From assembly GCA_046563655.1 (NCBI GenBank), contig CM102289.1, positions 4,278,001 to 4,342,000 on the forward strand: DNA of 64,000 nucleotides. Direction: 5' to 3'. Of the stretch, positions 23,227 through 35,974 are shown piece after piece. A program made the position numbers and the translations under genes. Under the pieces are notes generated by a model. It saw only the letters and a program-made list of their open reading frames with translations, did no database searches and was not told where the DNA came from. Each line of letters starts with the position of its first letter. The first letter of the stretch is position 1. This DNA is from Yuukianura sp. NJ FZ-2021 (taxonomy: Eukaryota).

Positions 23227-26200
23227 ATGAATTCGTCATCCCAATCTTCCAAATTTGATCCCCATAAGAGACCAAGACCAGGAGAAACTATAGATGACTT
23301 AATCAAACTCCAATCCAGTTTTACTGAAGCCCGTAAAGGCAATGCAAGACCTGCAGCTACTGCAGTCCGGATTGGGAACGGCGATGTTGCTGAAAATAGC
23401 CGTACTTTTCATAACACCGAAGAAGATGAAATCAGAGCAAATGTCCCAGGAGAGAGTTGCTTTACTGGTTCCATTGTTGAGAAATATGTCACACCTCAAT
23501 TACAACCATCAAAGCCTCCTCAGGAAAAGCGGAAGTCGAAGTTCAGCTTGCTGAAGGCAGCGGGACCTCACCCGAAACCTCAATTTCAACCTCCATCGGT
23601 ATATAGTTCCTTCGAGACTTCACAGTTTAGTTATAACTCATCTTCGCACTCCAAAGAAGAATCGCCTTCTATGTCGAATACCAAACCGCTGCAGTGTGAA
23701 ATAAATGTTCCGAACGCTTCTGTAGGCGATAAAATCCATCCCCTGTTGGCTGGATATACAGAAGCTGACATTCTAAACGCAAGGGACGCTTTGTTATCAA
23801 GTATGCATCCGGATACGAAAAAAATCCTCCTGAAACGAAGCATCGCTGCAAGAGAAGGCAAAGCCCGTCCCGCAGTCGACGACAGCACCACTTCTTTTGA
23901 TGGAACCAGTCAAACGGTCGAAAAGTTCTCATCTCTGACATCGGTTGAACTACCGAAGATTGACATAGTGGAAACTGAGAAGCTGGAGTGGACTGGATCA
24001 GTCTGCAGTAAAAAGTCTTCTCTTCCCAACAGCAGTAATAATCCAACAGATGAAGGAAATTCCCCGCCTAGTTATCAAAAATATCGCTCTGGGCGTTTCG
24101 GGCTAGATGGACGACTTGTGACGGAAGATTTAGACTCCGATCCTACTACATGGGACCGAGGCCTTCATCACCACGGAGAAGAAATGGAACGTGCAGGGTA
24201 CACACTTGAGGAACTTTTCACACTGTCGAGGTCCACATTTCCACATCAGAGAACGTTTGGCTATGACGTTATGGCGAAAATTTTTAAAAGAGCACACGAT
24301 GGTAAATCTCAGCTGCTAACTCATTGTTTTTGTTATATCGAAAGTTGTTACTTTTTACTGTTTGTATTGGCAGGAGAATTTGATCAGAGTTTGGACATCA
24401 GCATTTTTGAAGCTTGTAATGAGCTAGATTTTGTGCATGTATTGCGAACTGGAGCCGATTTCTGGGACTCTTTATCCTTGAATGCATCCATCAATTGTTT
24501 AAGCGCTTTGATATTCCCTGACCAAGAAGAGGTATGATTCATTTAAACCACTCAGGGATGACTATTATAACTACTACTAAATATGACCTCTTCTTTCTGT
24601 TTTTTCTGCAGATCTGCTTGGATATTGCATTCAATTGGCCCAACGCAGCTGCATTTCCGTGGCTCTCAACTTCTGTGGAAAAATCTGTTACTTCCGAAAC
24701 TCAGGAAGAAATTACAGACCGTGACTTAAAAGACTTTCAATACGTGAAAAACGATCTGATTGGGTTTCTTATTGATCGCACCGACATTCTTACAAGATTC
24801 AATTACATTCTGAAGGAAGGGATGGATCTTCTTAAGGAACCCGGGGTGGAGGGAATGCTCAAAGTACTTATCCGGGTAGCCAGACATTCTCCTAATTCTC
24901 TCATGCAACACAAAGACCTACTGGGAAGTATTATGCAATACTACATGAGTCCGAATTGGGTACAAATGGGTAATTAGTTTGATCTTACATTCAAATGAGG
25001 AATCAAATGTTACCGTGATTTTGTTGTCTAAGATTCTCGTCCAGCTAACATGTCTGGGATACCGCTTGCTCCAGCAATCAAGGTGTTTCGAATTTTGGCT
25101 AGTTCGAGTGTTGAAAATGCCCAAAAAATATTCGATGAGTTCAACCCATTTCCTTCAATCATGTCATACTTGGCCTTCAAAGAGTGGTGAGTTACTTCTG
25201 ACCACAATCATTTGCCTATTTTAAATCCATGAGGCGTTGATCGGATGGAGCACGTTGAGCGTTAGTTATGGGCTCATTCGATTATTATACTGCTCACTTT
25301 GGGTATTCGACACGAATTAATAATAATTACCTGCGAATTCAAAAAATAACAGTTGGTGAAATCATAGCATATTTGTTGATTCCAGGGGCAGCCAAAATTT
25401 GGTGAAGAAGGTGGGTGCTCTTGTTTTGGAAGCCTCTAGTTTATGGGAAGTGTTTCTGAGTTATGGCATCGGAATTCAAGAATACATGTATGAAAAATTG
25501 AATATGATGATAGATGCCCTATAACATTGAAAACCACTAATTCGGAATCTTGTTTCAAAGGTCATTTTTCCCTGTTACAATGGCCTCTTTCCAGTCACTT
25601 TTGAGTCGTGACAGGTTACCGTCCTTTGATCTCGCATATTCGGCTCGATTACAATCTTTACTTGGAAAAGCCTTATCAGTTGTGCAGCAGCAACAAATGA
25701 GCTATCCTGTATTCAGAGAAAGTATTGGATGTGTTGCTAGTTTTGTTACGAAGATTCTAGCAATGCTAGGACGAGATGAAACTGTTAGTCACTTGGACCA
25801 AGTAAGTGATGTGAATATGAATACACGTTTGCAACGTTACACCTCGTTCTAATACTTAATTTTTTGTTACAGGACATGTGCCTTTTAGCAGTACTGAAAG
25901 GCTTAGAATGCCTTACTTTAGCTCAAAAGTACGAGGCATTTCCAATCGTTGACAAGGAAATATTAAAATTTGTTGCATGTGAAGCTTACGGCAGAACAAC
26001 GAAGTGCCTCACGTAACAAATCAAATACAATACTTAATACATACTACATCTACTATATTCGATTTCAACTGACTTGCCTCTTGGCTAATGCAATATGACG
26101 CGAGAAAAAATTGCCGCGTCTTTTTAATTTTAATTTTAATTGGCGTCGGATTCTGTTCGACTTACCATAAAGTATTAAGTCATGCTGAATGCTAAATGGG

Positions 26201-27741
26201 TTATTAGACGATTTTTTTTACAGAAACCACAGCTACCTACTTCTTTATACTCAAAACTCGGAAATCAAGCTAAAAAGCGAAAAGCGAAGGTATCCCGAAA
26301 ATATCAGCACATGCAATGCAATTCTGATGGGGGGTTTCCAGACTCCGATTATGGATAAAGGCTCATCCTTCGCCTTCCTAACATGTTTACTGAGATACTC
26401 GAAACATCTTTTCAAGTCAGGCGATACTATCAGAAGACTGGTTTTGAACGACAACTGCAAGTCATATCTTGACCAGATTGGGTCGAAGAAGTTCTCAACT
26501 TGCCCGAATTTTTTTCTACGATTTGAGCTATATTGTATCCGTGAACTGATCAATCTCATGCCAGCTTCAGACCGCCTGCTACCCACTTCTAAAATCATGC
26601 CATTGGTGGAAATCGGAGATGAATTATTGGCTGAAGACTTGCTCCAGATGACGATTAGCGGCACAAATGTTCCAAATCCAGAAGAACTAACCAAGTTCTA
26701 TAAGACATTCCTGTTCATTTCATCCCCAGAACTGAATCAACACAATTTCAAACGGCTGAACTCCAGGGTGGTTCCACATCACTGGATCTTAGAACCTTTG
26801 AATATTCTTTATGCATCTCTAGGGAATGAATGTTCAAGGAAGAAGCAACCTCCAGAAGCATTTTCAGTGATGATCATCAACAGTGTTCAAACTACTTTGG
26901 AATTTATCGTTTTCTGTTTGAGGAACTGTGATTTCATTCTAATTAACAGCAGCTCGAGTATTCCCGCCTTATACACGCGAATCGCTTTAATTTTCATGAT
27001 GGGTAAGTTTGATTAATGTTTAAATTGGAGTGTACTCACAGAAGAACTATACATCGTTTGAATTTTTGTCACTTACCTTACAGAAAACCAGCTATTCCTG
27101 GAGCCAAAAATTCGATCTCTTTTGAAGGATGTCTTGCTACAGCTTTTATCAAACAGAATCTGGAACAAATGCAAAAATAAGCCTATTTTCTCAAAATTCA
27201 ACGGAGCCGAAGAATTTCCTTTTACATTTACCTCGTTGTAAGTTAGGGTTAAAGTTTCCAGCTGAGTACTAACTAATAAGACAAGCAGATACCTTCATTA
27301 ACTCCATACCAAAAACTTGTTACCGAAGTGTTTTTATCTTTACAGTTATTCGGATTTTGTGGAGACGTTTGGAGCAACTTCGTTTGCTGATGATGTCTTT
27401 GCTTCATTTTTGATGCTTCCACTCAGGACTGCCGAAGATGCAGAGATCAAATCAGTATTTTGGAACGAACAAACCCTGCAATTTCTTAGAATGGGTGTGG
27501 AACAGGTATCAGAATATACTAATAAGTTTTAATCTCAATGGACAGCACTTTCATCCATAAATTTATTTAGTCGCTGATTCCACTGGACCACTTTACCACT
27601 TCGCCGGAGACGGACGCCAACATTCGCCAGATTTACATAAAAGCTATCTCTTCCAAAAGAATCACCCACGAGCGCAATCCCTTTCTTTTTGCCGTGGCAA
27701 GCTATCATGTTTCGGCGCGAGACAGACACAAGACTAATTAG
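23227..27741 (+). CDS. RPAP1: RNA polymerase II-associated protein 1, multi-exon
   Basis: N-terminal KRPRPGETIDDLIKLQSSF, EKLEWT, RFGLDG, and GLHHHGEEMERAGYTLEELFTLSRS..PHQR (RPAP1 C-like motif). C-terminal FGATSFADDVFASFLMLPL. Last exon 27571-27741. Confidence 0.92.
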
Positions 27742-30700
27742 TAGTAAGTAATACGAATATGCTTTATTAACCCTTGCTCGTTGGTTTTGGCTATTAGACG
27801 ACGACTAGTCCAATGTTATGTTGGACCAAACAACCATAGCTGTTAGCTAATTATTTTGTAATAGAACGAACTTATATTACCTACATAGCTACAGACATTA
27901 CATAAATTACCAACTTTTAATTTTCACAATTTGAGATTAGCAAAGTTGACTGGGAAATAAAGTTGAAATTGGAGATGAAAACGCGAATTCAAGAAGGTTG
28001 TGCTGTGCAATTAAGGTGAGTTGAGCGATCGAACGGTTTCCACATAACTTGTTTGAAGCTATTTACTATGGTTAATTTGAATTTTTCCTCACTTTTGCAT
28101 TATTGGGAAGATTCGTCAACATCGCGGGCTAGTGACTGTGATAGATGGCGTTGGGTTAACCTTTTTATAAGGCTTTACGGACCGAAATCAGGAAAATACG
28201 AAAGAACATTTTCGGATCTTCATACAGAGTAACTAACACCTCAACACTGCTACCTATAAAGAACACGTAATAACTACATAGCAGTTTAGGCGGGAAAGCC
28301 TTCACAGAATGATTGACAGCGGCGACGACGGTGCAAACATTTGTAGTTTTTTTTAAGGTTTTGGAACAAATTTCAACGTAAATAAGACATGTATAAATTG
28401 CGTTCAGAGAGGCTCCGATTGAAATCCTTTCCACTTTTGCTAAGGTCCAACACTGCAGAGGTGAGAAAGAAAGATGTAATAATAAAGTGGATGAGGGTGC
28501 AATTTTACTGTCATTTCAGTTCCGACATTAAAAAGAAATGTGGCGCAACTTTCAAACATTCATTGAAAATACCGCTTTCAATAGCATCAAACCAGTAAAT
28601 AATTTTCTAAAGTAAATTATTTCACCTCATTAATTTAAAGATACCGACCATTAGTAAACACTTTCCTCAAGAATGTAAAACATTCAATTCAATTCAAATA
28701 AGACTCCGCTTCAATTTCATTTTGCCACACCACCACTCAATAAAAATACCTAAACCAAGTTACAATTTCACGTTTTGTTTTCACTATTTTTGGTTTCATA
28801 CTACATCACTATACTTATGTGAAGGCGAGAAACTCGCCGGTTGGATTTCTAAAGAAAATAATTGTAATAGTATCAATGTGACGAATGAAAAACAATACAA
28901 CTGTTTAATTAGCAAAGACTTTAAATATGATTTTAGTTTTCAGCATTTGATGAGGCACTTCAGGCGAACTGCAAATCTCCTTTCACCCAAGAAAGTGATT
29001 TTAATCTCTCATCAAACATTTGTAAGGGTCCTATTGTTTTAAATTTCGGATAAAGATCAGGAATTCACAGGTTTTTTTAGTTTTTAGTTGTAGTAGTTAG
29101 GTGCCAAAGGTGATTTGTCATCAAAAATTTTTGTCATTCGTACGGGCAGATCATTGCACATTTCAATTTGAACTTGTGATCTTTATCTACTCAAAGGAGT
29201 GACACCCTCCCGCACTGCTTTTATTTTCATCGCTTTCTTGCTTTTGTTTCCAGTAGAAATCCACTGATTCAATTCTCATCATCATCCCCCTTGGAAAGGA
29301 TCTTTGTTCCTACGAACTACAGATATCCAGTCACTCCTACTTCGCAGCATGTACTTCCATTTGTTCTTCAAGTTGAACTGTGACCTACAATCGTCATCTA
29401 CACCATTTGCCCCTGCTCAATGCTCCCCAAAGTAATTCAATTTGGATCGACACATCAGACATCGCGCAGCAGCCTTTTCTTTCAAAGTGCTTTTGCAGGG
29501 TTTGATTGATTCCAATAAAAAGGAAAAGGAGAAAGACAATTCAATTCCGAAAGTAAATGTGTCTGGCCTTTGTTTCAAGTTTAGATAAACTTCGCGCGCT
29601 TTTCGTAACACGAAGTATTTAGTCGTACTATACTTTATAAGAAGTTACGCTGTACTACTATAAATTATGGAGAGACCAAAGTTCAAAGTGACTTTAATGA
29701 GGCCACTTTTGACAGGGATGAGAGGTGAAATTGTCAAGGGAGAAAGTAGTGAGATGCTTCAACATTTCTGAATAATGGAATTGAATTCAAAGTTCCCTCG
29801 GCAAAGGAAACGGAAACTCTTGCCATTAGTCCCAGGCGCCATAATTTGAAGGCTCTTTTGCGTACTTTTCACCAAGAACTAACGCTTACTCCTGTCAACC
29901 GGAAAAGTTGGGGAAAGAGGCGTTCCAGAATTTGAAAGTGGGACTTTCTAAAATGTTAAAACACAAAATAGTGACAACATTCAACTGTCTCAAGACTTCG
30001 TGTTGGATTTGTAATATTTTGCTTTAATTGCGACGCGAGTGAAGACAATGTTGTCTGGAATTTGACGTAATTCTTTTGCACGAAAAAATATCAATTGTTG
30101 GCTTTCCAAAATCGACATAACGTTTCTTCTTGAATTATTCTTTTGACGTTTTCCAAAAGAAGAAGTTATCCCGATATTTCATGCTGCTTTCGCAGAAAAA
30201 CAACATCTTTTGCTATTTTGTATTCATTTTAGTAAATGTTTAAAACTCAGTCTACACTATGAAATCGAGGAAAATTTTCGCTAGAGGGAATCTCTTCGTG
30301 CTAAGCCGTTTTCCTCTCATCCGACGAGAAAACGAGGAAAGTGAAAAGACATTTCCTTAGGGAATTCCTATTTCGTTCCTAAAATTACACGCCGTCGAAG
30401 CATCAAATGCGCCTTTACCGCTACAAAAAACGAGTCTTTCAAACGCTGAACGACTAATGCAAATTCAGAAGGCGTCATTTTCTCCTTTGCTATTCCTAAA
30501 CTATGTGTATATGCATTTGGTATTCAAATATTTGGAAAAACTTTTTCCCAACCCCGTTTTCACCAACAAAAATTCTCCATAAAGTTACAGCTTTTACTTT
30601 TTTTGAAAGTCTAGGCATGAACGTTCTTTTTCTACTCAACTGAATACTAAATCGGTCTTTAAAACAATTTAACACCACATAATGCTTGTAGTAGTAAAAT

Positions 30701-33625
30701 AATTTAGATCGATTCAAGCTGTTATATTTTCTACTCCAACAAACAATGAAAGTACAAAAGCCTCAAATTTTTCAAATGAATTGGAAGTGCGAACTCGTGT
30801 CTTAAAATTCTATTCAGAGACCTCAAGGCCTCTCTGCTGCGTCCAAATTCTGCTTCAATTGAATCGAGGTGTGAAAACGGGGTCGAATTTTGAATGGATT
30901 TACCAACAATGCGAGCAGCGTTTAGTCAAGTTCAAGGGAAGGAATGAACAGAAGATTCGATGAAGTGGAGATAAATGTCTAGAGGGGGCTTCCCCCTCCG
31001 TTGTCATTGTCACTAAACTGGGAGCATGCTTAGAATAGTACAACTCAGAATTCAAACTTATGAAGTCTACTAAACTTGTCCTTGTCATTGTTGTCATCGT
31101 GGACTTAAATCAAGACGGTTCATCGCTCATTCTAAAAGGAAAAAGCAGTTCAAGAGTGATGGGTCGAGGAGTGTGAAACGTCAAGCAGTACTTGACTAGA
31201 ATAAATTCAAAAGAAAAAAAGGATTTGAAACCTAAATCGGAAGATTATTTGGGATTTGACTGAATAAAGGAGATTACAGTAATGAAGTAGAAGACAAATT
31301 AGTATTTACAGAAAGCATCAATGGAGTATTGTTCTGTATGGGACATTTTGAGTGAGTGGAGACCAATAAAAGGTGTGTCAACTGGTCATTGTTCCCTTTG
31401 GCCTGTCACAACGTTGTTAAGTGTACAAAGGGATTACTAACCGAACCTTATTTTTTCCATCTCCTGCCCTCAATCACTTTCAATAAGGGACAAAAATTAG
31501 GACTAAAAGCTGAATTCAGTGTATGCTCATGTGCAGTACACATATCCAGTGTTAAGCAGTACTATACTGGTGAAAATAAAAGGAAATCGGAGGTGTTGGA
31601 GTAATTGTATGGCTACTTCTGGGGTACTTCACTTTCGTCCGTTTCCTTTTCTGTGTTTGACAGTATAATGCATGCATAAATAGTCTAATATTTCGTCCTA
31701 GGACATACAAATGCAATATGGCATTGAGTTAAGTCTATTCTTCCGGATTTATTGTTGTTCCTAGATGTTTTGTACTCCTAAAGGGATCTTTTGACTACTT
31801 AAACACCCTAACAAAATTTTCTAATCTGTTTATTTTCAATTTAAACTATTAAGGTATACGATGCAGTTTTTTGGCACCATAAATTAGTATTTTCTTTGAA
31901 AAAAAATATATATTTTCTTTTTTTTCGTACGTTTCTACATTTTAGCGCTACAAATTTTTTGCGTAGTGAGCGTTGTATTTAACTTCGCGGTAAAATGACC
32001 ATTACATTGGAATATCAAATTAAAAGCTAAAAATCTTGAAACGAAGTGCACTTCATATATACTGTTCAAAAACGCAGTCTAAACCGTGCCAAACTTTAAG
32101 GTAGCATCATATTACAATCATTTTGTGTGACAGCGTAACGTGATTTTTAATAATTACTACCTTAAATTTTTAATTTTGATTCAAAGTTTTAATTTATGTG
32201 TTACTGTTTACTGAAAAGCATCAAGAAGACAACGAAAGAAATAATTCCCACTGCTCATAAGAAGTGTTTGTTGCAGTGGGAATTTTTATAATTTTGTTTA
32301 CAAACTTACACTCTTGTGTATTTTAGTTGTGGAAGAGTTCCTTTGCTATTTGTGTTGTTTCTTGCAGACATGTTGGTATTTCAATCGGAATTAACAGCCA
32401 CAAGAGGCTAATGTGCTTACATTTATTTTTTGACCTGAAGTGGAGATAATGGGAATTTCACTTACTACGGAGGAGACTACATAAAGAAATGTAATGGTTG
32501 CTTATGCCAGTATACGCGGGATAATAGGTTGTCGGAGGAATTCGAGTGTACATCCAAAACTGGGATGCTGCTGATGGACCACCTCTGGATTCCCTTGGAG
32601 ATCATCCTTCTGGAAAATGTGTGGAGGGAAGATGACAATGAAAAGTGAAGTCGTTTCAACTTCTGTTCAATCAATGACGAGTAGTTTTTTGAAGCTTTTA
32701 ACTAAATTCCACATCAACGCCTTCATATCTCTCTACCCTCTAATTCAGCAACCCATATGTACTTCACATCCAAGTCGCCCGCCAGTCTCCCGTTGTCACC
32801 TGGAGGCTTGTCATTCTTAGCATTCTTCACACACTCAACCTAATAATATTAATGATTGCCGAAGTGGATTTGTGACAGACAGACGACGTTGCCGCCATCT
32901 CCAATCCAACTAGGCATGCCAAGGAAGGAGCGAGCGTTTTCTGAGAAACGAATTATGAAAACGAGTAATTACTGTAAAATGCAGAAACACGGCTTCATAT
33001 ACTGTTTTTAAGTCGAACAAGTAAAATTGCTTGCGGAATTCTGAAAGCTATAGCAAACGATAATGTACATCTTACAATCGTTCCTGCGTATTAATTGACT
33101 ACTTTTACTTTTCAAATCAGTCTAACTACTTTGAGGTTTCCAAAAACGAGTATTAAGATTAAGCATGAGTTTGGTAAGCCAAATGCCTCCAACATTTTAA
33201 AACAATCCAAAAAATTTTTTATTCTCCTGAGACTTCAAATACTTCATAACAAACGCTGCTCCAATAAAATGATTCTTGCACCGCTGGGCTATTCAATTTT
33301 TTGACTTTTGTATGAATGTAAAAAACAATAGGAACAATAGCTACAAAACGTTCATAGTGGCATTCATTTTTCAATCTGTATAGTAAAGTAAGAGTTGGTT
33401 TTATTTTTGAGTAATTATATTCATTGATGTCACCATTTTTAAGGTTTAATGATTTTTTTATTTACATCATCCTAATACACAACTTGCAGTTAGTTCAAAA
33501 AACGAACCTAATGTTATAAGACCTAAAGTTATTTTATGCTAATGATTGAGGTCGCCTCAAATTGACAAATTTCTCTACAATTTCTTCCTTTCTAATGGTA
33601 TACGTTAAATTTGTTTATAAATGTA

Positions 33626-35974
33626 TTAATGGGATTTTCTATTAGCCATTTCTCTGTATTTCTCGGAAGCAATTTCCCGGTATCGAGAAGAAAGGAGCAT
33701 GAGTGACGCCAGGGAGGGATTGTGCTGAAGAAACGTTGGCGGGTAACTTTGACTGAATCCATGGCCTGTTACTGGAGAATGGCCTGGGGGCAGACCAAGA
33801 TGCTGGTGCAGAATGGGATCATGAGGGGGTTGACCTCCCGCTGGAGAAACTGGACTGATGCTATCTGGACTGGTGTGATGGTGGGAACATCCAGATTGAG
33901 TGGCGTAACTATTGATCCTCTTGTCCTCTTTAGTAGGAATTCCGCTTGCGTTACTACTGGGTGTGTTTTGTAATTGGAGATTAGGAATGTTCCGTTCGGG
34001 GAAAGCGTCTCTGATTAAGTTCCTGTGGATGTTACATGTTGTACCTGTCCTTTGAGAGTGTGAACTTTCTTCGTCACTTGAACTTTTGTGCCTGGACTTT
34101 CCCTGCTCTTTCTCATAGTCGCTCCCTGCATCCTCTGATACCTCTGGGCTTAACTTCTTGAATGCTTTGCAGATTGGAGAAACTGGACTGGGAGCACCAG
34201 AAGAGTAGTGTTCCATGTCACAGTCGTCTTCGCTTTTAACGGATTTGGACGTCGAGGTTGGAGATGCTGGGACACCTAAATTTAATAATACAAAAAATGT
34301 GATTGAATTTTGGATGTAGGAAATTTGTTTTTTCGACACAGTTTTTGCAAATAAACTAAAATACAGAATAAAGTACAAAAGTCCTTATTTTAAAATTTTG
34401 AATGAGATTTTCATTCAAAATCATTAAATTTGACAGATGACTTTTCCTCTTGGTTCATTGATTAATTAAGGTTGAGTTAAATAGAGTTTGATCGTCGCCG
34501 TTACAGCTAATTTTTGTTTTAATGAAGAATTTTTAATGTTAATTTTATTGACCTGTTTATGAAAATGAGAAATATTTTTGAATTCAGGAATCCAGGTTGA
34601 TTCATCATCTCCGGATTTGCACAAAAAATTTACTGTAAAACAACTCCAATGAAAAAACAATATTTTTTTTGGTTGGAGTTGTTTTACAGTAAATTGAGAT
34701 TTGCCGAAAGTAACTTCATCTTAAAGTTTTTTTCACGCAGGAACGTGGAGGCAGTGATTTTTTTTTAAATAATAGGTAAGAATTTTTTCAGGCTGAATTA
34801 TGCCATCATGCAAGTGAAACTTAATAAAAAAAAATCAGTAAAAAAATTAGTCAACGATTTTGGTATTTCAATATTAGAAAATCGGAATTTCTATTTCTAA
34901 ATTTTTCAATCCAACAGAATCAAAAATGCAGAATGAAAATTGAAGAAATTAAGTACAGAACCAAATATTAGCATATAAGTACTGAATACTTTTTTCCTTA
35001 CCTGACTGCGTATTGGTTAAAATTTCTTGCTCGGGAGCCAAAAGCGACGCAACATCAAATCGCTTCCGCTCGCGATTAAGTTGGTTAAAGTTCATGTTGA
35101 GAGTCAGAGACGAATTGACCAGGATTTCGGGTCCACGCCTTGAAATAAGCGAATTTGCAAATTCAAAATTCGGTGCCACGTTGGTTGCCGCAATTGGAAA
35201 AACGTGCGGATTGAAAGGTAGGTGGGGCGGTTGAAGATGACGATTTCCAGGATGGGGGTGTAAGAGAGGGTGGTGGGGGTGGTCAGGCCAGTTGACCGGT
35301 GGGGGTGACATGGGTGGGGGGCTGGGGGAATCCGGATCGTCTACGGCAAGACCCATGTGCTTCCTCACCTTCCGTTGAGCCTTCCTCCTGCGGAAGTCTC
35401 CTTTAGTGAAATCTTCAATATTTGCTGGATGAATGGCCCAGTAGTGTCCTTTTCCATTGGCGGATCTTCCGGACTTTACAAAACAGTCATTGAGTGACAG
35501 ATTATGGCGAATAGAATTCCTCCAGCCGGGTCCCCGCGACCGGAAGTAGGGGTAGTTGTCTAAGATGTACTGGTAAATGTCACTCAAAACAAGTTTTTTA
35601 TCTGGAGATCCGAGGATTGCCATGGCAATGAGTCCAATGTAGCTGTGCTGTGGCTTGGGCTCATCTGGTGGGCGGCACAGAGCCAAGCGAGGATCAATGC
35701 GGCAGTACGAACTGTAAAGAAACGGTGCCAGTTCGGGTCTCAAGCCGGGTGGAATTGGTGGGAAGAACGCCGCTGCGGTGGCCGAAACAGATTGTGATCC
35801 TGGCGGAGCACTGCGGAGGCGTTCTGCTGCCATGGCATATTGGTAGAGCTGGGAAAGGCGGTAGTGCTCAATAGCAGAAACCATTCCGGGTAATTGTATG
35901 CCGGGGCCACTATTTGGTTGAACTGGAACTTGGTTTTGGTTCTGACTGATAGAACTGCTACTTGAATTATTCAT
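33626..35974 (-). CDS. FoxQ2: Forkhead box Q2 transcription factor (fd102C-like), 2 exons (35974-35002, 34275-33626), 540 aa
   Basis: Forkhead domain KPQHSYIGLIAMAIL...WRNSIRHNLSLNDCFVKSGRSANGKGHYWAIHPAN..DF..GDFRRRKAQRKVR, diagnostic of FoxQ2. EH1-like FDVASLL lies C-terminal to it. Confidence 0.95.
34627..34695. repeat. Perfect 23-bp inverted repeat (69-nt hairpin) in the FoxQ2 intron
   Basis: AATTTACTGTAAAACAACTCCAA (34627-34649) and TTGGAGTTGTTTTACAGTAAATT (34673-34695). Confidence 0.85.

Noticed and set aside
28165..33304. Short ORFs (60-106 aa) between RPAP1 and FoxQ2, including an exon-like stretch near 32510-32650
   Set aside because: No domain motifs and no consistent splice chain; expected by chance.
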